DNA of 64,000 nucleotides, taken from NCBI GenBank assembly GCA_016845065.1, contig JAERTG010000050.1, positions 129,948 to 193,947 of the forward strand. The letters are read 5' to 3'. Both the position numbers and the translations under genes were made by a program. This DNA is from Fidelibacterota bacterium. Its GTDB lineage: Bacteria; Fidelibacterota; UBA8477; JABMPR01. Below are positions 28,320 through 38,901 of the stretch, in pieces. The notes under the pieces were generated by a model. That model had not been told where the DNA came from. It searched no databases and saw only the letters and a list, made by a program, of their open reading frames with translations. Position 1 is the stretch's first letter, and each line of letters starts with the position of its first letter.

Positions 28320-29954
28320 TCAGACCTCAGGAGTGTCCACCCAAACTGGTGAGGAAACGTAAATACCTGGCCATCTCGATCCATCACTACTTATCTCCAT
28401 GCGCAGGTAGGATTTGCCTTTGACTGTGAAATTTTGTGTAATCTCAAACTTCTTAGATATCTCAGATTCATAAAGGAGAAGCGATTCTTTCTGGCTTTCA
28501 AGGTTTCCAGCATATAGGGTAACATCCAAAGACAATCCGAACTCCTCAGTACAAAGACCCTCACATGACAGTTTGAGAATGTCGCCTTTCCTGGCTTCCA
28601 AAGTATCGCCAATCCCGTAATCAGATCCGTCAAAGGAGATTTTTAGATCTCCTATTGGACCTGTTGACAGGGCGGTGCGTCGTGCCTTCATGGCAGCTAC
28701 AATTTCAGCCGTTGCAGTGCCATCACTTCTGACAAGAGTCCTGGATTGAGCAAATATTTGGTCCTCATGGATACCCAATGACAACATGGGTAGTCTGACA
28801 TGCCAGTTTCTGTTTAGGTTGCCATGACCATCGCTTCCACCATATACACCTAATTTGTGATCCTTGAGTAGGGCATCAATCCACAGTTGCCTTGAAGTAT
28901 GGAAGGCTGCATAAGCAGGAGTGCCACAAAGAATTTGTACACCGTCAAGCTCTGGGTTAAGGTGATCCTCGGCTCCCCAGAATCCCCGTTTGAGGAGTAC
29001 CCGCTGAAACCAGGGGAACTTATAAGCAGTGTGGGCACCAACAGATACTGTCCCAGGAGATCGTTGAGCCAATACATCATCGATGCTTAATTGGGATTTA
29101 ATTTTGGGCCAGTCCTCACCACTATCACCGCTCCCCGGGAAATAGACGGGATCATTAAAATGCAGGAAGTGTACCGTTGATCCTCCAGCGTTGGCCACGC
29201 TTATCTCTTCACCTGGGATGATCGTAAGATCGCTCTCCTCATTTAGTGCTATGATATGCTTACGACTTTGGTTCCATTTCGCAAGCTCTGGATCATTTTC
29301 CAAATAATCGTGTGGGTGATCGTCCAGATCATAGGAATGATCGGTAGCTGTTATAAAATCCAATCCCAACAATTGAGCAGCTTTGCGGGTCTGTTCCAAA
29401 GAGGCACCAAATTCAATCTGATCGTTTGTCAGTGAGCTATGAAGATGTGTATCACCGGTTTGCCAACCTGCCAACTTTGGTAGATTTTCTTCGGTGATAG
29501 TGACTCTGAGTGGTGTTTTGCTGATACCGTGATAATTGTCAACCTGCATCCTGCGCTGTTTCCCAGAAATGGAGTAATTCAATGTGGGAATAATATCAAT
29601 TTCTCCAAATGGAAGCATGACCGGATCAAAGGAGAATTCAAAATCGATCTGCCTGTGGCTAAGGTCTTGATTTAATGTCCAGTTCTGTGTGTGGAGTGTT
29701 TGGTTATTTTTAAGTATCTCAATCTCAACAGATCCCAGTTTGACGGGGTAGAGATGCGCGTCCTTCACGACGAGAAAAATGCTTAATTTTTGTCCAGGCT
29801 CTAAACGCCAGGGGGTATCAAAGATTAGCTCAGGTTCTCGCTTGAAATATCGACTGAAGGGAATTCGGAATCGGAAGTGTGTTTCAGCATATAAACCGAT
29901 GAGGGGCACCATATCCAGCAATTTGCCAGAGATGGTATTGAAAGTGTTCTCCAT
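28320..29954 (-). CDS. PHP-domain-like (CehA/McbA-type) metallohydrolase, hypothetical
   Basis: His/Asp metal-ligand pattern GDTHLHS...ITATDHSYD...VHFLHF. 544 aa. Confidence 0.45.
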   Translation of the reverse strand: MENTFNTISGKLLDMVPLIGLYAETHFRFRIPFSRYFKREPELIFDTPWRLEPGQKLSIFLVVKDAHLYPVKLGSVEIEILKNNQTLHTQNWTLNQDLSHRQIDFEFSFDPVMLPFGEIDIIPTLNYSISGKQRRMQVDNYHGISKTPLRVTITEENLPKLAGWQTGDTHLHSSLTNDQIEFGASLEQTRKAAQLLGLDFITATDHSYDLDDHPHDYLENDPELAKWNQSRKHIIALNEESDLTIIPGEEISVANAGGSTVHFLHFNDPVYFPGSGDSGEDWPKIKSQLSIDDVLAQRSPGTVSVGAHTAYKFPWFQRVLLKRGFWGAEDHLNPELDGVQILCGTPAYAAFHTSRQLWIDALLKDHKLGVYGGSDGHGNLNRNWHVRLPMLSLGIHEDQIFAQSRTLVRSDGTATAEIVAAMKARRTALSTGPIGDLKISFDGSDYGIGDTLEARKGDILKLSCEGLCTEEFGLSLDVTLYAGNLESQKESLLLYESEISKKFEITQNFTVKGKSYLRMEISSDGSRWPGIYVSSPVWVDTPEV

Positions 29955-30173
29955 TTAGTGTTAATAGGAATCATATTGCAGGAAGGCAAGTGAAAAGGCT
30001 GAAACAATGTCCATAAGGTGTGTCCAAAACCAGTGAGAATCTCGGGAGTGATTAGCGTACAAATTCAATGGGAGATACAGATGCGTCAGGGAATACTTGC
30101 GGATAAAAAGTTTGCCATGATTTCAGCCCCCGGTTAACTTCGCGCCACTTAAGAAGGAGTCTGGTAAGTAATT

Positions 30174-30737
30174 ATGGGTAGTACATCCGATATAAAAAAC
30201 AATTTGGTGATGGAGTTTAATGGCAATCTTTGGAAAGTTGTTGAATTTCTTCACGTTAAACCTGGCAAAGGAAATGCTTTTGTCAGAACAAAATTAAAAA
30301 AAATTCCAGGCGGTCAGGTCATAGAACAGACCTTTCGATCGGGTGAAAAAATAGATGATGTCAAATTGTTCGCCAATGAAATGACCTATCTGTACTCTGA
30401 TGAATCTCATTACCATATTATGGACAATGAAACCTATGAGCAAATAGCTATTGATGCTGAGCTCATGGAATCTGTTAAAGATTATCTCAAAGAAAACGAT
30501 TTCATTAAAGTCTTGTTTAGAGATTCAACACCCGTGGATGTCGAAGTAGCACCCCATGTGATACTGGAGATCAAAGAAACAGATCCAGGTTTACGTGGAG
30601 ATACAGCCACAGGTGGTTCAAAACCTGCTTTTCTAGAAACCGGTCTAAAAGTAACGGTTCCGCTCTTTCTAAATATCGGGGACAAAGTCAAGGTTGACAC
30701 TCGTACGGGGGAATATCTGGAACGCGTGAGGGCTTAG
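30174..30737 (+). CDS. efp: Translation elongation factor P
   Basis: Full-length match to EF-P, including [14 protein letters not shown]. Confidence 0.95.
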   Translation: MGSTSDIKNNLVMEFNGNLWKVVEFLHVKPGKGNAFVRTKLKKIPGGQVIEQTFRSGEKIDDVKLFANEMTYLYSDESHYHIMDNETYEQIAIDAELMESVKDYLKENDFIKVLFRDSTPVDVEVAPHVILEIKETDPGLRGDTATGGSKPAFLETGLKVTVPLFLNIGDKVKVDTRTGEYLERVRA

Positions 30738-30750
30738 GAGAAATTATATT

Positions 30751-31200
30751 TTGAATACTAAAGACATAGAACAGCTCATCGAGTTACTGGAAAAATCTTC
30801 CATATCAGAGATTGAAGTCGGCAAGTGGGGAAAGAAAATTCGAGTCTCCAGACAAGGTGGACACGTAGTTGTACAAAACTCAGACATGGTTTCAGATGCT
30901 ACGCCTACAACTCCTGCAGCCCCTGCTCCCTCCGAGACTACAGAAGATGAGAGCTCACTCCAGGGTGTTGCCATTAAATCACCTATGGTCGGAACCTTCT
31001 ATCGCTCTCCATCACCTGAGGTTGATGCCTTTGTCAAAGTTGGAGATCACGTAAAAAAGGGTGATACGCTCTGTATTATTGAAGCCATGAAAATTATGAA
31101 TGAGGTCGAGGCAGAAGTATCTGGTGTCATTCTCGATATCCAGATTGAAAATGCCCAACCCGTTGAGTATGGTCAGACCCTCTTTCTCATAGAACCTTGA
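30751..31200 (+). CDS. accB: Acetyl-CoA carboxylase biotin carboxyl carrier protein
   Basis: Biotinyl-lysine motif EAMKIMNEV. Pro/Ala-rich linker. TTG start. Confidence 0.9.
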   Translation: MNTKDIEQLIELLEKSSISEIEVGKWGKKIRVSRQGGHVVVQNSDMVSDATPTTPAAPAPSETTEDESSLQGVAIKSPMVGTFYRSPSPEVDAFVKVGDHVKKGDTLCIIEAMKIMNEVEAEVSGVILDIQIENAQPVEYGQTLFLIEP

Positions 31201-31209
31201 TAAACAATT

Positions 31210-32568
31210 ATGTATAACAAAATACTCATTGCCAATCGTGGTGAAATCGCTCTACGCGTGATTCGTGCCTGTCGTGAAATGGGTATCAAGAGTGTTGCGA
31301 TTTATTCGGAGGCAGATGAACTTTCGCTTCACACAAAATTTGCAGATGAAGCCGTTTGCATTGGTCCCGGACCCTCTAATCTTAGTTATTTAAACACCCA
31401 GGCAATTCTTACTGCAGCAGAAGTTACCAATGCTGATGCCATTCATCCAGGATATGGTTTTCTTGCTGAAAGTGCCGATTTTGCTAATATGTGTAAAAAG
31501 CACAATATTGATTTTATTGGCCCAGACGGCGATATGATTGATGCCATGGGTGATAAGGCTTCAGCCAAAGAGACCATGAAATCTGCTGGTGTTCCAGTAA
31601 TTCCTGGTAGCCAGGGAATTCTAAAATCTGCCGGTGCAGCCAGAGAAATGGCTGATGAAATGGGATATCCGGTAATTCTTAAAGCAACAGCCGGTGGTGG
31701 TGGTCGTGGAATGCGGGTAGTCTACAGATCTGAAGACGTAGCGAAATTTTATGGGATGGCCCAAGCTGAATCTGGTACTGCATTTGGCAACGATGGGCTG
31801 TATCTGGAAAAATACATTGAGAATCCTCGCCACATTGAGGTCCAACTATTGGGCGACACACATGGAAATGTTTTTTCCCTCGGCGAGCGTGAATGCTCCA
31901 TCCAGAGACGGCATCAAAAATTACTGGAGGAATCTCCTTCACCTGTCGTATCGGAGGAATTGAGGCATGAAATGGGTGAAGCTGCCGTAGCTGGCGCAAA
32001 ACGGGTAAACTATGTTGGTGCCGGAACCATTGAATTCTTACTTGATAAGCATGGAAAATTTTATTTCATGGAAATGAATACTCGAATTCAAGTTGAACAC
32101 ACCGTTTCAGAAGAAGTGACTGGTATCGATATCGTCAAAGAACAAATCTCCTGCCATGCTGGTGGAAAACTGCCTGGATGGATCGCTGGTATGAAGTTGC
32201 GTGGACATTCTATTGAATGTCGTATCAATGCAGAAGATCCAGCAATGAATTTTCGTCCATCGCCGCTGCTCATCCAAAGTGTACATTTCCCCGGAGGGCG
32301 TGGGATCAGAATAGATAGTCATATTTATAGTGGGTATCAAATTCCACCAAACTATGACTCAATGTTGGCGAAATTGATCGCTACAGGTCAAGACAGAGGA
32401 GAAGCTATAGATCGTATGGTGGGTGCCCTAAAGGAATTTATTATTGAGGGTCCTAAAACAACGATTCCCTTCCACATTCAGTTACTTGAAAATGAACAGA
32501 TCCGAAAGGGGAATTTCGATACACATTTTCTAGAGTCTTTCAAATATGATCCAAGTCGTGAGCAATGA
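31210..32568 (+). CDS. accC: Acetyl-CoA carboxylase biotin carboxylase subunit
   Basis: ATP-grasp biotin carboxylase with [11 protein letters not shown] near the N-terminus. Confidence 0.95.
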   Translation: MYNKILIANRGEIALRVIRACREMGIKSVAIYSEADELSLHTKFADEAVCIGPGPSNLSYLNTQAILTAAEVTNADAIHPGYGFLAESADFANMCKKHNIDFIGPDGDMIDAMGDKASAKETMKSAGVPVIPGSQGILKSAGAAREMADEMGYPVILKATAGGGGRGMRVVYRSEDVAKFYGMAQAESGTAFGNDGLYLEKYIENPRHIEVQLLGDTHGNVFSLGERECSIQRRHQKLLEESPSPVVSEELRHEMGEAAVAGAKRVNYVGAGTIEFLLDKHGKFYFMEMNTRIQVEHTVSEEVTGIDIVKEQISCHAGGKLPGWIAGMKLRGHSIECRINAEDPAMNFRPSPLLIQSVHFPGGRGIRIDSHIYSGYQIPPNYDSMLAKLIATGQDRGEAIDRMVGALKEFIIEGPKTTIPFHIQLLENEQIRKGNFDTHFLESFKYDPSREQ

Positions 32569-32699
32569 CCCTGGACCAAGACATTATCTAGAACTTATTG
32601 TCCCGTTTTGAACCGTAGGTTCGGCGGGATTTTTGCTGTTTAGGTGGAAGCTGTAATTTTTGGAAGTTATAAAGAATTGATTTGATTGAGGAGAGAAAG

Positions 32700-33077
32700 A
32701 TGAACGTGCCAGTTGAATTAAAATATACCAGCGACCATGAATGGATTCGTGTGGAAGGTGATTCTGCAACAATTGGTATCACTGACTATGCCCAGGGCGA
32801 ACTTGGTGATGTAGTTTTTGTTGAATTGCCAGATGTAGATGATGAATTTGAAAAGGGTGATGTTGCTGCGACGATTGAAGCTGTAAAAACGGTTGCTGAC
32901 GTATTTCTACCACTGGGTGGGAGTATCGAAGCCGTGAACGAACAACTCGATGATGCATCTGAATTAATCAATCAGGATGCGTATGGAGAAGGATGGATCC
33001 TAAAAATAAAAATGATTGATGCATCTGAATTAGATAGTTGTATGACAGCTGAGGAATATATCGCCAGTATTTCTTGA
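32700..33077 (+). CDS. gcvH: Glycine cleavage system H protein
   Basis: Lipoyl-lysine motif EAVKTV. ATG at 32700 is preceded by a GAGGAGAG RBS; the track starts at 32682. Confidence 0.9.
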   Translation: MNVPVELKYTSDHEWIRVEGDSATIGITDYAQGELGDVVFVELPDVDDEFEKGDVAATIEAVKTVADVFLPLGGSIEAVNEQLDDASELINQDAYGEGWILKIKMIDASELDSCMTAEEYIASIS

Positions 33078-33087
33078 TAGGACGATT

Positions 33088-34431
33088 ATGCACCAATACA
33101 TACCCAACACTGAAGACGAACAACTGAAGATGCTCAATGAGGTGGGAATTGCCTCATTTGAAGAACTCCTGGATAGTATCCCCAAGGACTTACGCTTTGA
33201 AGGTGATCTTCCTTTACCTCCAGCGAAATCTGAAATCGAGCACAAGCAGGACGTGCTGAGCATCCTTTCGGGGGACGCCAGCACAGCTTCTCATGTCTCA
33301 TTCTTGGGAGGGGGAAGCTACGATCACTTTATTCCCCATATCGTAGATGTATTGATTAGTCGCTCGGAGTTTTATACAGCCTATACACCATATCAGGCTG
33401 AAGTGTCTCAAGGCACTCTCCAGGCCATGTATGAATATCAATCAATGATTTGCGAACTTACCGGTATGGATTTGGCTAATTCGTCCATGTATGATGGTGC
33501 TAGTGCTATGGCAGAGGCATGTTTGTTAGCAGCTCGTCATACGCGACGCAAAAAAATACTAATCTCCAGAAGTGTAAATCCCATCTATGTTGACGTAGCT
33601 ATTACATATGCCCATTATCAAGGATTAGAATTTGATTTCATTAATTTGGACGAAGGTGTTACCTCACTTAATTCATTGTGTGGTCAACTCAATGCTGATA
33701 TAGCCGGGGTTGTGATTCAGAACCCCAATTTCTATGGTGGCCTTGAAGATTTGGCAGGCATCAAGGAAAGTATTGAAGATAAGAAGATTCAGCTAATTGC
33801 CGTGGTTAACCCCATCAGTCTGAACCTGCTGGAAGCTCCTGGTAAACTCGGAGTGGATATCGCTATTGGAGAGGGACAGTCCCTTGGAAATCATCTTAGC
33901 TTTGGTGGTCCTTATCTTGGTTTTATGGCGGTCAAGGAACCCCTTATTCGGAAAGTCCCAGGTCGAATCGCTGGTGAAAGTGTCGACGTACATGGTAACC
34001 GGGCATTTGTCATGGTACTTCGTACTAGAGAACAGGATATTCGTCGAGAAAAAGCCACCTCAAATATTTGTACTAATCAAGGACTGAACGCATTGGCTGC
34101 CTGTATTTACATGTCCACTCTGGGCAAGAATGGTATGAGGAAGGTCGCCGAACTAAGTGTGCAAAAAGCCCACTATCTGGCTGAAGCAATCAATGATCTC
34201 CCAGGTTTTTCGCTCAGGACCGAACTTTTTTTCAATGAATTCGTCATTGAAGTCCCTGGGGAAGCCAAAACTCTTGTTTCAAAGGCATCTGGAGCAGGAT
34301 TTTTTCCAGGAATTGCCTTGAGTCAATTTGAGAAGGATTCTGATAACCAGCTGCTTGTCGCTGTGACAGAAAAACGTAGCAAGAGCGAGATGGATAATCT
34401 GGTATCATTTCTGAAAGGGTATTCAGTTTGA
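33088..34431 (+). CDS. gcvPA: Glycine dehydrogenase (aminomethyl-transferring) subunit 1
   Basis: N-terminal MHQYIPNTEDEQLKML and the PLP-fold core. gcvPB is absent from this window. Confidence 0.9.
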   Translation: MHQYIPNTEDEQLKMLNEVGIASFEELLDSIPKDLRFEGDLPLPPAKSEIEHKQDVLSILSGDASTASHVSFLGGGSYDHFIPHIVDVLISRSEFYTAYTPYQAEVSQGTLQAMYEYQSMICELTGMDLANSSMYDGASAMAEACLLAARHTRRKKILISRSVNPIYVDVAITYAHYQGLEFDFINLDEGVTSLNSLCGQLNADIAGVVIQNPNFYGGLEDLAGIKESIEDKKIQLIAVVNPISLNLLEAPGKLGVDIAIGEGQSLGNHLSFGGPYLGFMAVKEPLIRKVPGRIAGESVDVHGNRAFVMVLRTREQDIRREKATSNICTNQGLNALAACIYMSTLGKNGMRKVAELSVQKAHYLAEAINDLPGFSLRTELFFNEFVIEVPGEAKTLVSKASGAGFFPGIALSQFEKDSDNQLLVAVTEKRSKSEMDNLVSFLKGYSV

Positions 34432-35171
34432 GTGTCTATGAACAAATGCTGGCAACCAAGTCTTCCAAAGGTGCTGGTTATCTGGTTCTGGTTGATCCCG
34501 ACCGCTGGGATTTGGATGAAGTTGAAGTATTCATAAATAAAATTAATAATTCTGGAGCTGATGGGATCATGGTGGGCAGTTCACTCATTCTTGGTGAAGG
34601 TGCCCAACGAAAAGTGAAACGGATTCAGGAAATTGCTACCTTACCAGTCATTCTTTTCCCTGGAAACGTAAACCAGTTGACACCTCATGTTGATGCCGTG
34701 TTCTATCTCTCAGTTATTAGCGGGCGCAATCCCCAATTTCTTATCGGTGATCAAGTTCAAGCCGCACCTGTAGTGAGAGAGCTCGGGATTGAACCAATGG
34801 CTACAGCCTACATGCTTATCGAAAGCGGTCGAGTCACCACGGCTGAGTTTGTCAGTGGTTCTAAGCCAATCCCCAGGGATAAGGATGAAATCGCTGTTGC
34901 ACACGCCCTGGCAGCTGACTATCTCGGTTTCAAGTTCATCTATCTTGAAGCAGGGAGCGGTGCCCAATATTCAGTTACACCTCAGATGGTAAAAGCCGTC
35001 ACTTCCTATACAGATGTCCCGGTTATCGTTGGTGGAGGTATCCATAGTCCAGATGTAGCCGCAACCCTTGTTCAAGCTGGTGCCTCATTTGTGGTGACAG
35101 GTAATGTTCTTGAAGATCCAGAGAACTCACATCTAATGGAAGCTTTTTCCAAAGCTATCCATAATAGCTAG
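34428..35171 (+). CDS. GGGPS/PcrB-family (hepta/geranylgeranyl)glyceryl-phosphate synthase, archaeal-type ether-lipid prenyltransferase homolog
   Basis: (beta/alpha)8-barrel family motifs LVDPDR, FIYLEAGSGA, and VIVGGGIHSPD...VVTGNVLED. The start is TTG at 34428 or ATG at 34446, coupled to the gcvPA stop. Confidence 0.8.
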   Translation: MSVYEQMLATKSSKGAGYLVLVDPDRWDLDEVEVFINKINNSGADGIMVGSSLILGEGAQRKVKRIQEIATLPVILFPGNVNQLTPHVDAVFYLSVISGRNPQFLIGDQVQAAPVVRELGIEPMATAYMLIESGRVTTAEFVSGSKPIPRDKDEIAVAHALAADYLGFKFIYLEAGSGAQYSVTPQMVKAVTSYTDVPVIVGGGIHSPDVAATLVQAGASFVVTGNVLEDPENSHLMEAFSKAIHNS

Positions 35172-35379
35172 TCCCTTCAGAATATTTCTTTTTACTGATT
35201 ACCGAGAGAAATTCTAAGTTCTTATTTTTACCAGGAAATCATTAAGTCATCCCGAGTGTCGCAATTAGCGTAATCGAAGTGTCAAGAATCGTGTGTTTTT
35301 GGACAATAGTTTGTGACCACTCGACTCTCCTCGAGGAGACGAGGTGAGGATTTAAGTAATACCTGGACTATATTCGCCC

Positions 35380-36285
35380 ATGGCTCGCTCTGAACAATAT
35401 CTTCAGGATTTCCTAAACTATCTCCGTATTGAACGCAATCTGGCCAAGAATACCCAGGACGCCTATCTGGATGATCTGGCAAATTTCTGGGAGTTTTTAA
35501 GCTCACTGAAAATTAGTTCACCTGAGAACGTGGACCATAAAACTCTCACTGAGTATGCACGTGTGTTGAAAAAGCGAAAAATGGCTGAAACTAGTGTAGC
35601 TCGCCACTTCTCCTCTCTGAGAGCCTACTACAAGTTTTTAGTCATGGAGGGCCACCTCTCTGATGACCCGACACAATTTTTAGATTCCCCAAAACTTCCA
35701 GCAAGTTTACCAAAAATTCTGAATTTTGAAGATATTATACTCCTATTGGAAAGCATTGACACGAAGACGGCCTTGGGATTGAGGGACAGAGCCATGTTTG
35801 AGCTCATGTATGCTGCAGGTATGAGAGTTTCTGAAGTATGTAATTTGACCATGGAACAGATCCTAATAGATGATGACCTCATTCTCATTCGTGGAAAGGG
35901 GAATAAGGAAAGAATTGTTCCCCTTGGCGAAGAAGCCAAAAACTGGCTAATTGAATACATAGAACATGGTCGACCATCTCTTGAAAAAGGGTACTTTAAT
36001 GAAGGTATTCTCTTCCTGAACAATAAGGGTAAACAACTGCAGCGGAAAGGAATCTGGTTTATCCTTAAGAAACTGGCTGAAAAGGCAGATCTACATAAAC
36101 CAGTAAGTCCACACACTTTCCGACATTCTTTTGCCACACATTTGCTGGAAGGGGGAGCGGATCTCCGAATTGTACAGGAAATGCTAGGCCATGTAGATAT
36201 TTCTACAACCCAGATTTATACTCATCTTGATAGCACTTATCTCAAAGAAGTCCACAGCAGTTTCCACCCTCGAGCACGTCGCTAA
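35380..36285 (+). CDS. xerD: Tyrosine site-specific recombinase XerD/XerC
   Basis: N-terminal SAM-like domain and the catalytic box HTFRHSFATHLLEGGADLRIVQEMLGHVDISTTQIYTHL. Confidence 0.85.
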   Translation: MARSEQYLQDFLNYLRIERNLAKNTQDAYLDDLANFWEFLSSLKISSPENVDHKTLTEYARVLKKRKMAETSVARHFSSLRAYYKFLVMEGHLSDDPTQFLDSPKLPASLPKILNFEDIILLLESIDTKTALGLRDRAMFELMYAAGMRVSEVCNLTMEQILIDDDLILIRGKGNKERIVPLGEEAKNWLIEYIEHGRPSLEKGYFNEGILFLNNKGKQLQRKGIWFILKKLAEKADLHKPVSPHTFRHSFATHLLEGGADLRIVQEMLGHVDISTTQIYTHLDSTYLKEVHSSFHPRARR

Positions 36286-36368
36286 TATGCAAAACAATCA
36301 GTCTCCCTGATAAGTCGCATCAATTCTAATCCATTGGTAGCTGTCATTTTCTCGTTTATTTTGATTCT

Positions 36369-37601
36369 ATGATCTTGAAAAATACATTCTATACGGATTG
36401 GGATTGTGAATCGATGGGGGAACGTCACCTCCCTGAGAATGAATATCGCAATGCCTTTGAAATTGACCGCGACCGGATCATTCATTCCACAGCGTTTCGA
36501 CGTCTGCAGGGGAAAACGCAGGTCTACGTGACAGGACAATCTGACCAATATCGTACCCGGCTGACACATTCCATTGAGGTTGCCCAAATTGGTAGATCAA
36601 TTGTAAACTATCTAAATAGAAGTTCGGAGCTATTGACAGCAGATTATCAGATTGATTCTGCCCTCGTGGAAGCTGCTTGTCTAGCTCATGATCTGGGCAA
36701 CCCACCCATTGGTCATAAGGGAGAATCCCGCTTAAATGAACTCATGGATGAATGGGGTGGTTTTGAGGGCAATGCTCAATCATTACGCATTCTAACAGAT
36801 ATTGTCAGGGGTGATCGCCGATATTACTCAAATGCAGGTATGCAAGCCACCCGTGCTTGTCTGGATAGTATACTGAAGTATAAAATTGTTGGTAAGCAAT
36901 ACACGGAAAATGGTGCGAAGTTTCTATACCCTGATCAGCAGGATATTATATCCTGGGTACACCAAGACCCTGCACTCGACGATTTAGTGCAAAGCGGAAC
37001 CCAGGTTCGCCCCATTGAGTGTGCAATTATGGATCTTTCTGATGACATTGCCTACACTACCTCTGATTTGTTTGATGGTGTAAAACAGAGCTTGTTAACA
37101 ACTGAACAAGTGGAGCGATTCTGGCTTGATCAGTATCCTCAAGCGAGCCAAAAAATCAGAGCTGATGTGGATCAAGTATTGAGAAATCAGTTCCCCATGT
37201 CACGCTTTATTGCAGGACTCATTGGGAGATGGATTTATTCAATTTCCCTCATTTCCATAGAAGCTCCCTATCTTGATGTTCCTCGATACAAGTATGGGTT
37301 GGAGATGGCAGAAGAGTCTCATTCAGATCTCATGGCTCTGAGATCCTTAAATTATAACTTGATTTATAATTCAGACTATGTGAAAATTCCAGAATCAAAA
37401 GGTGTAGAGATTCTGGAAGAACTGTTTCTGTATTTCCGAGATGTAATATTTAAGAAACGAGATATACTCGAACCCTTGCCTTTGCCGGCAGGGATATCAG
37501 ACGATTTTGATGAGAATCAGAAAATGCGCATGGTTTGTGATTTTGTAGCGGGAATGACGGACAATCATGCAATTCGGCTCCATTCCTGTCTTATAGCTTG
37601 A
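36369..37601 (+). CDS. dgt: dGTPase-family deoxynucleoside triphosphate triphosphohydrolase (HD domain)
   Basis: HD domain residues THSIEVAQIGRSI...AHDLGNPPIGH. Confidence 0.85.
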   Translation: MILKNTFYTDWDCESMGERHLPENEYRNAFEIDRDRIIHSTAFRRLQGKTQVYVTGQSDQYRTRLTHSIEVAQIGRSIVNYLNRSSELLTADYQIDSALVEAACLAHDLGNPPIGHKGESRLNELMDEWGGFEGNAQSLRILTDIVRGDRRYYSNAGMQATRACLDSILKYKIVGKQYTENGAKFLYPDQQDIISWVHQDPALDDLVQSGTQVRPIECAIMDLSDDIAYTTSDLFDGVKQSLLTTEQVERFWLDQYPQASQKIRADVDQVLRNQFPMSRFIAGLIGRWIYSISLISIEAPYLDVPRYKYGLEMAEESHSDLMALRSLNYNLIYNSDYVKIPESKGVEILEELFLYFRDVIFKKRDILEPLPLPAGISDDFDENQKMRMVCDFVAGMTDNHAIRLHSCLIA

Positions 37602-38184
37602 GTTCCTTGTAAAAAATATCAACCTTTGCCAACAGCTCAATCAGACTGCCATCATTGTTAATGACATGGTCAGCCCTGCGAATCTTCTCTTCGATGGGCA
37701 TTTGAAGGGCATCACGTCGATCAAAATCAACCTTGGAAATGCTACTTCGTCGTTCAACCCGACCTTCTCTAAACATGCGTTTTGCTACCACGACTAACAC
37801 ACCATCGGTGATGCTATCCGCATGGGCTTCAAATAGCAGTGGAGCATCAACAACAAATAGTGACTTCCCTTGAGATCGCGCCATCTCGATGCGATCCAGG
37901 GTAATTCGGCGGACTTCAGGGTGAATGAGATGATTCAGAAAAAGTTGATCTTCCCTGGTGTTAAAAGCTCTTTCGGCTAATATCTGTTTTTGAAGATTTC
38001 CCGCTTCATCAAGGATATCTGTACCAAATCGCTGAGCCAGACTGGCTAATATTTCAGGATCGTTTCTGAGAATTTCTTTTGCGAGTGGGTCGGAGTGAGA
38101 TACGACGGCTCCATGGTGGGCAAGGCGGTCACTAACCGTACTCTTACCCGAACCGATATTTCCCGTAACCCCGAGGATATACAT
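37591..38184 (-). CDS. coaE: Dephospho-CoA kinase
   Basis: P-loop ILGVTGNIGSGKST and the CoaE fold. Confidence 0.9.
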   Translation of the reverse strand: MYILGVTGNIGSGKSTVSDRLAHHGAVVSHSDPLAKEILRNDPEILASLAQRFGTDILDEAGNLQKQILAERAFNTREDQLFLNHLIHPEVRRITLDRIEMARSQGKSLFVVDAPLLFEAHADSITDGVLVVVAKRMFREGRVERRSSISKVDFDRRDALQMPIEEKIRRADHVINNDGSLIELLAKVDIFYKELKL

Positions 38185-38186
38185 AT

Positions 38187-38828
38187 CTACTTCAATACGG
38201 CGAGGATACGTTGGTAAATATCCTGCATATCTCCTGTACCATCAATATGCCGTACGACTCCCTGAGGATGGTAATGATCAATGAGAGGTTTTGTCTGTTT
38301 CTTATAAACCTCCAGCCTGTTGACTACAGTTTCCTCAGTATCATCGGAGCGATGAATGAGGGGACTGCCATCATGGTCGCAGATTCCCTCCACAGCAGGA
38401 GGATTAAACACCATGTTATAAATATGACCACACTCAGAGCAAGACCTTCTGGCTGTCAGGCGGCGCACCAATTCAGAGTCAGGCACCTCCAGCACAAGGA
38501 CGTGATCCAGAGCCAGCCCACGATCACTCAAAAGTTGATCAAGCCCTTTGGCCTGGGGGCAGGTCCTGGGAAATCCATCCAGGATGTAGCCAGGTTCGAG
38601 TTCAGGCTTTTCAAATTCATCCGCCACCATGCTGAGAATGACATCATCTGGTACAAGGTTTCCTCCATCCATAAAACGCTGGGCGGTCTTACCTAATGGC
38701 GTGTTTCGCTGTCGGTTGTCTCGAAGCAGATCACCAGTAGAGAGCTGAATGATATGAAAATCTTTGACAATTAGTTTTGCCTGGGTTCCTTTGCCAGCTC
38801 CGGGAGGTCCTATAATAATGATGCGCAT
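38187..38828 (-). CDS. adk: Adenylate kinase (zinc-lid type)
   Basis: GPPGAGKGTQA, and the lid Cys/Cys/Cys/Asp pattern CSECGHIYN...CDHDG. Confidence 0.95.
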   Translation of the reverse strand: MRIIIIGPPGAGKGTQAKLIVKDFHIIQLSTGDLLRDNRQRNTPLGKTAQRFMDGGNLVPDDVILSMVADEFEKPELEPGYILDGFPRTCPQAKGLDQLLSDRGLALDHVLVLEVPDSELVRRLTARRSCSECGHIYNMVFNPPAVEGICDHDGSPLIHRSDDTEETVVNRLEVYKKQTKPLIDHYHPQGVVRHIDGTGDMQDIYQRILAVLK

Positions 38829-38901
38829 GTTAGTGTTTTCTCCGTTTATATAAGATCTAACAAATTTTATGCCTGAAACGCTTCATCTGTGAAAGATTCT
38901 C

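Noticed and set aside
28320-29954. Possible DNA polymerase/histidinol-phosphatase assignment for the PHP-like protein
   Set aside because: Only the generic His/Asp metal-ligand pattern of the PHP superfamily is recognisable. Specific function was left open.
35282-35506. 74-aa minus-strand ORF spanning the xerD upstream region
   Set aside because: It overlaps the xerD start and the intergenic palindrome, has no RBS or motif, and is likely non-coding.
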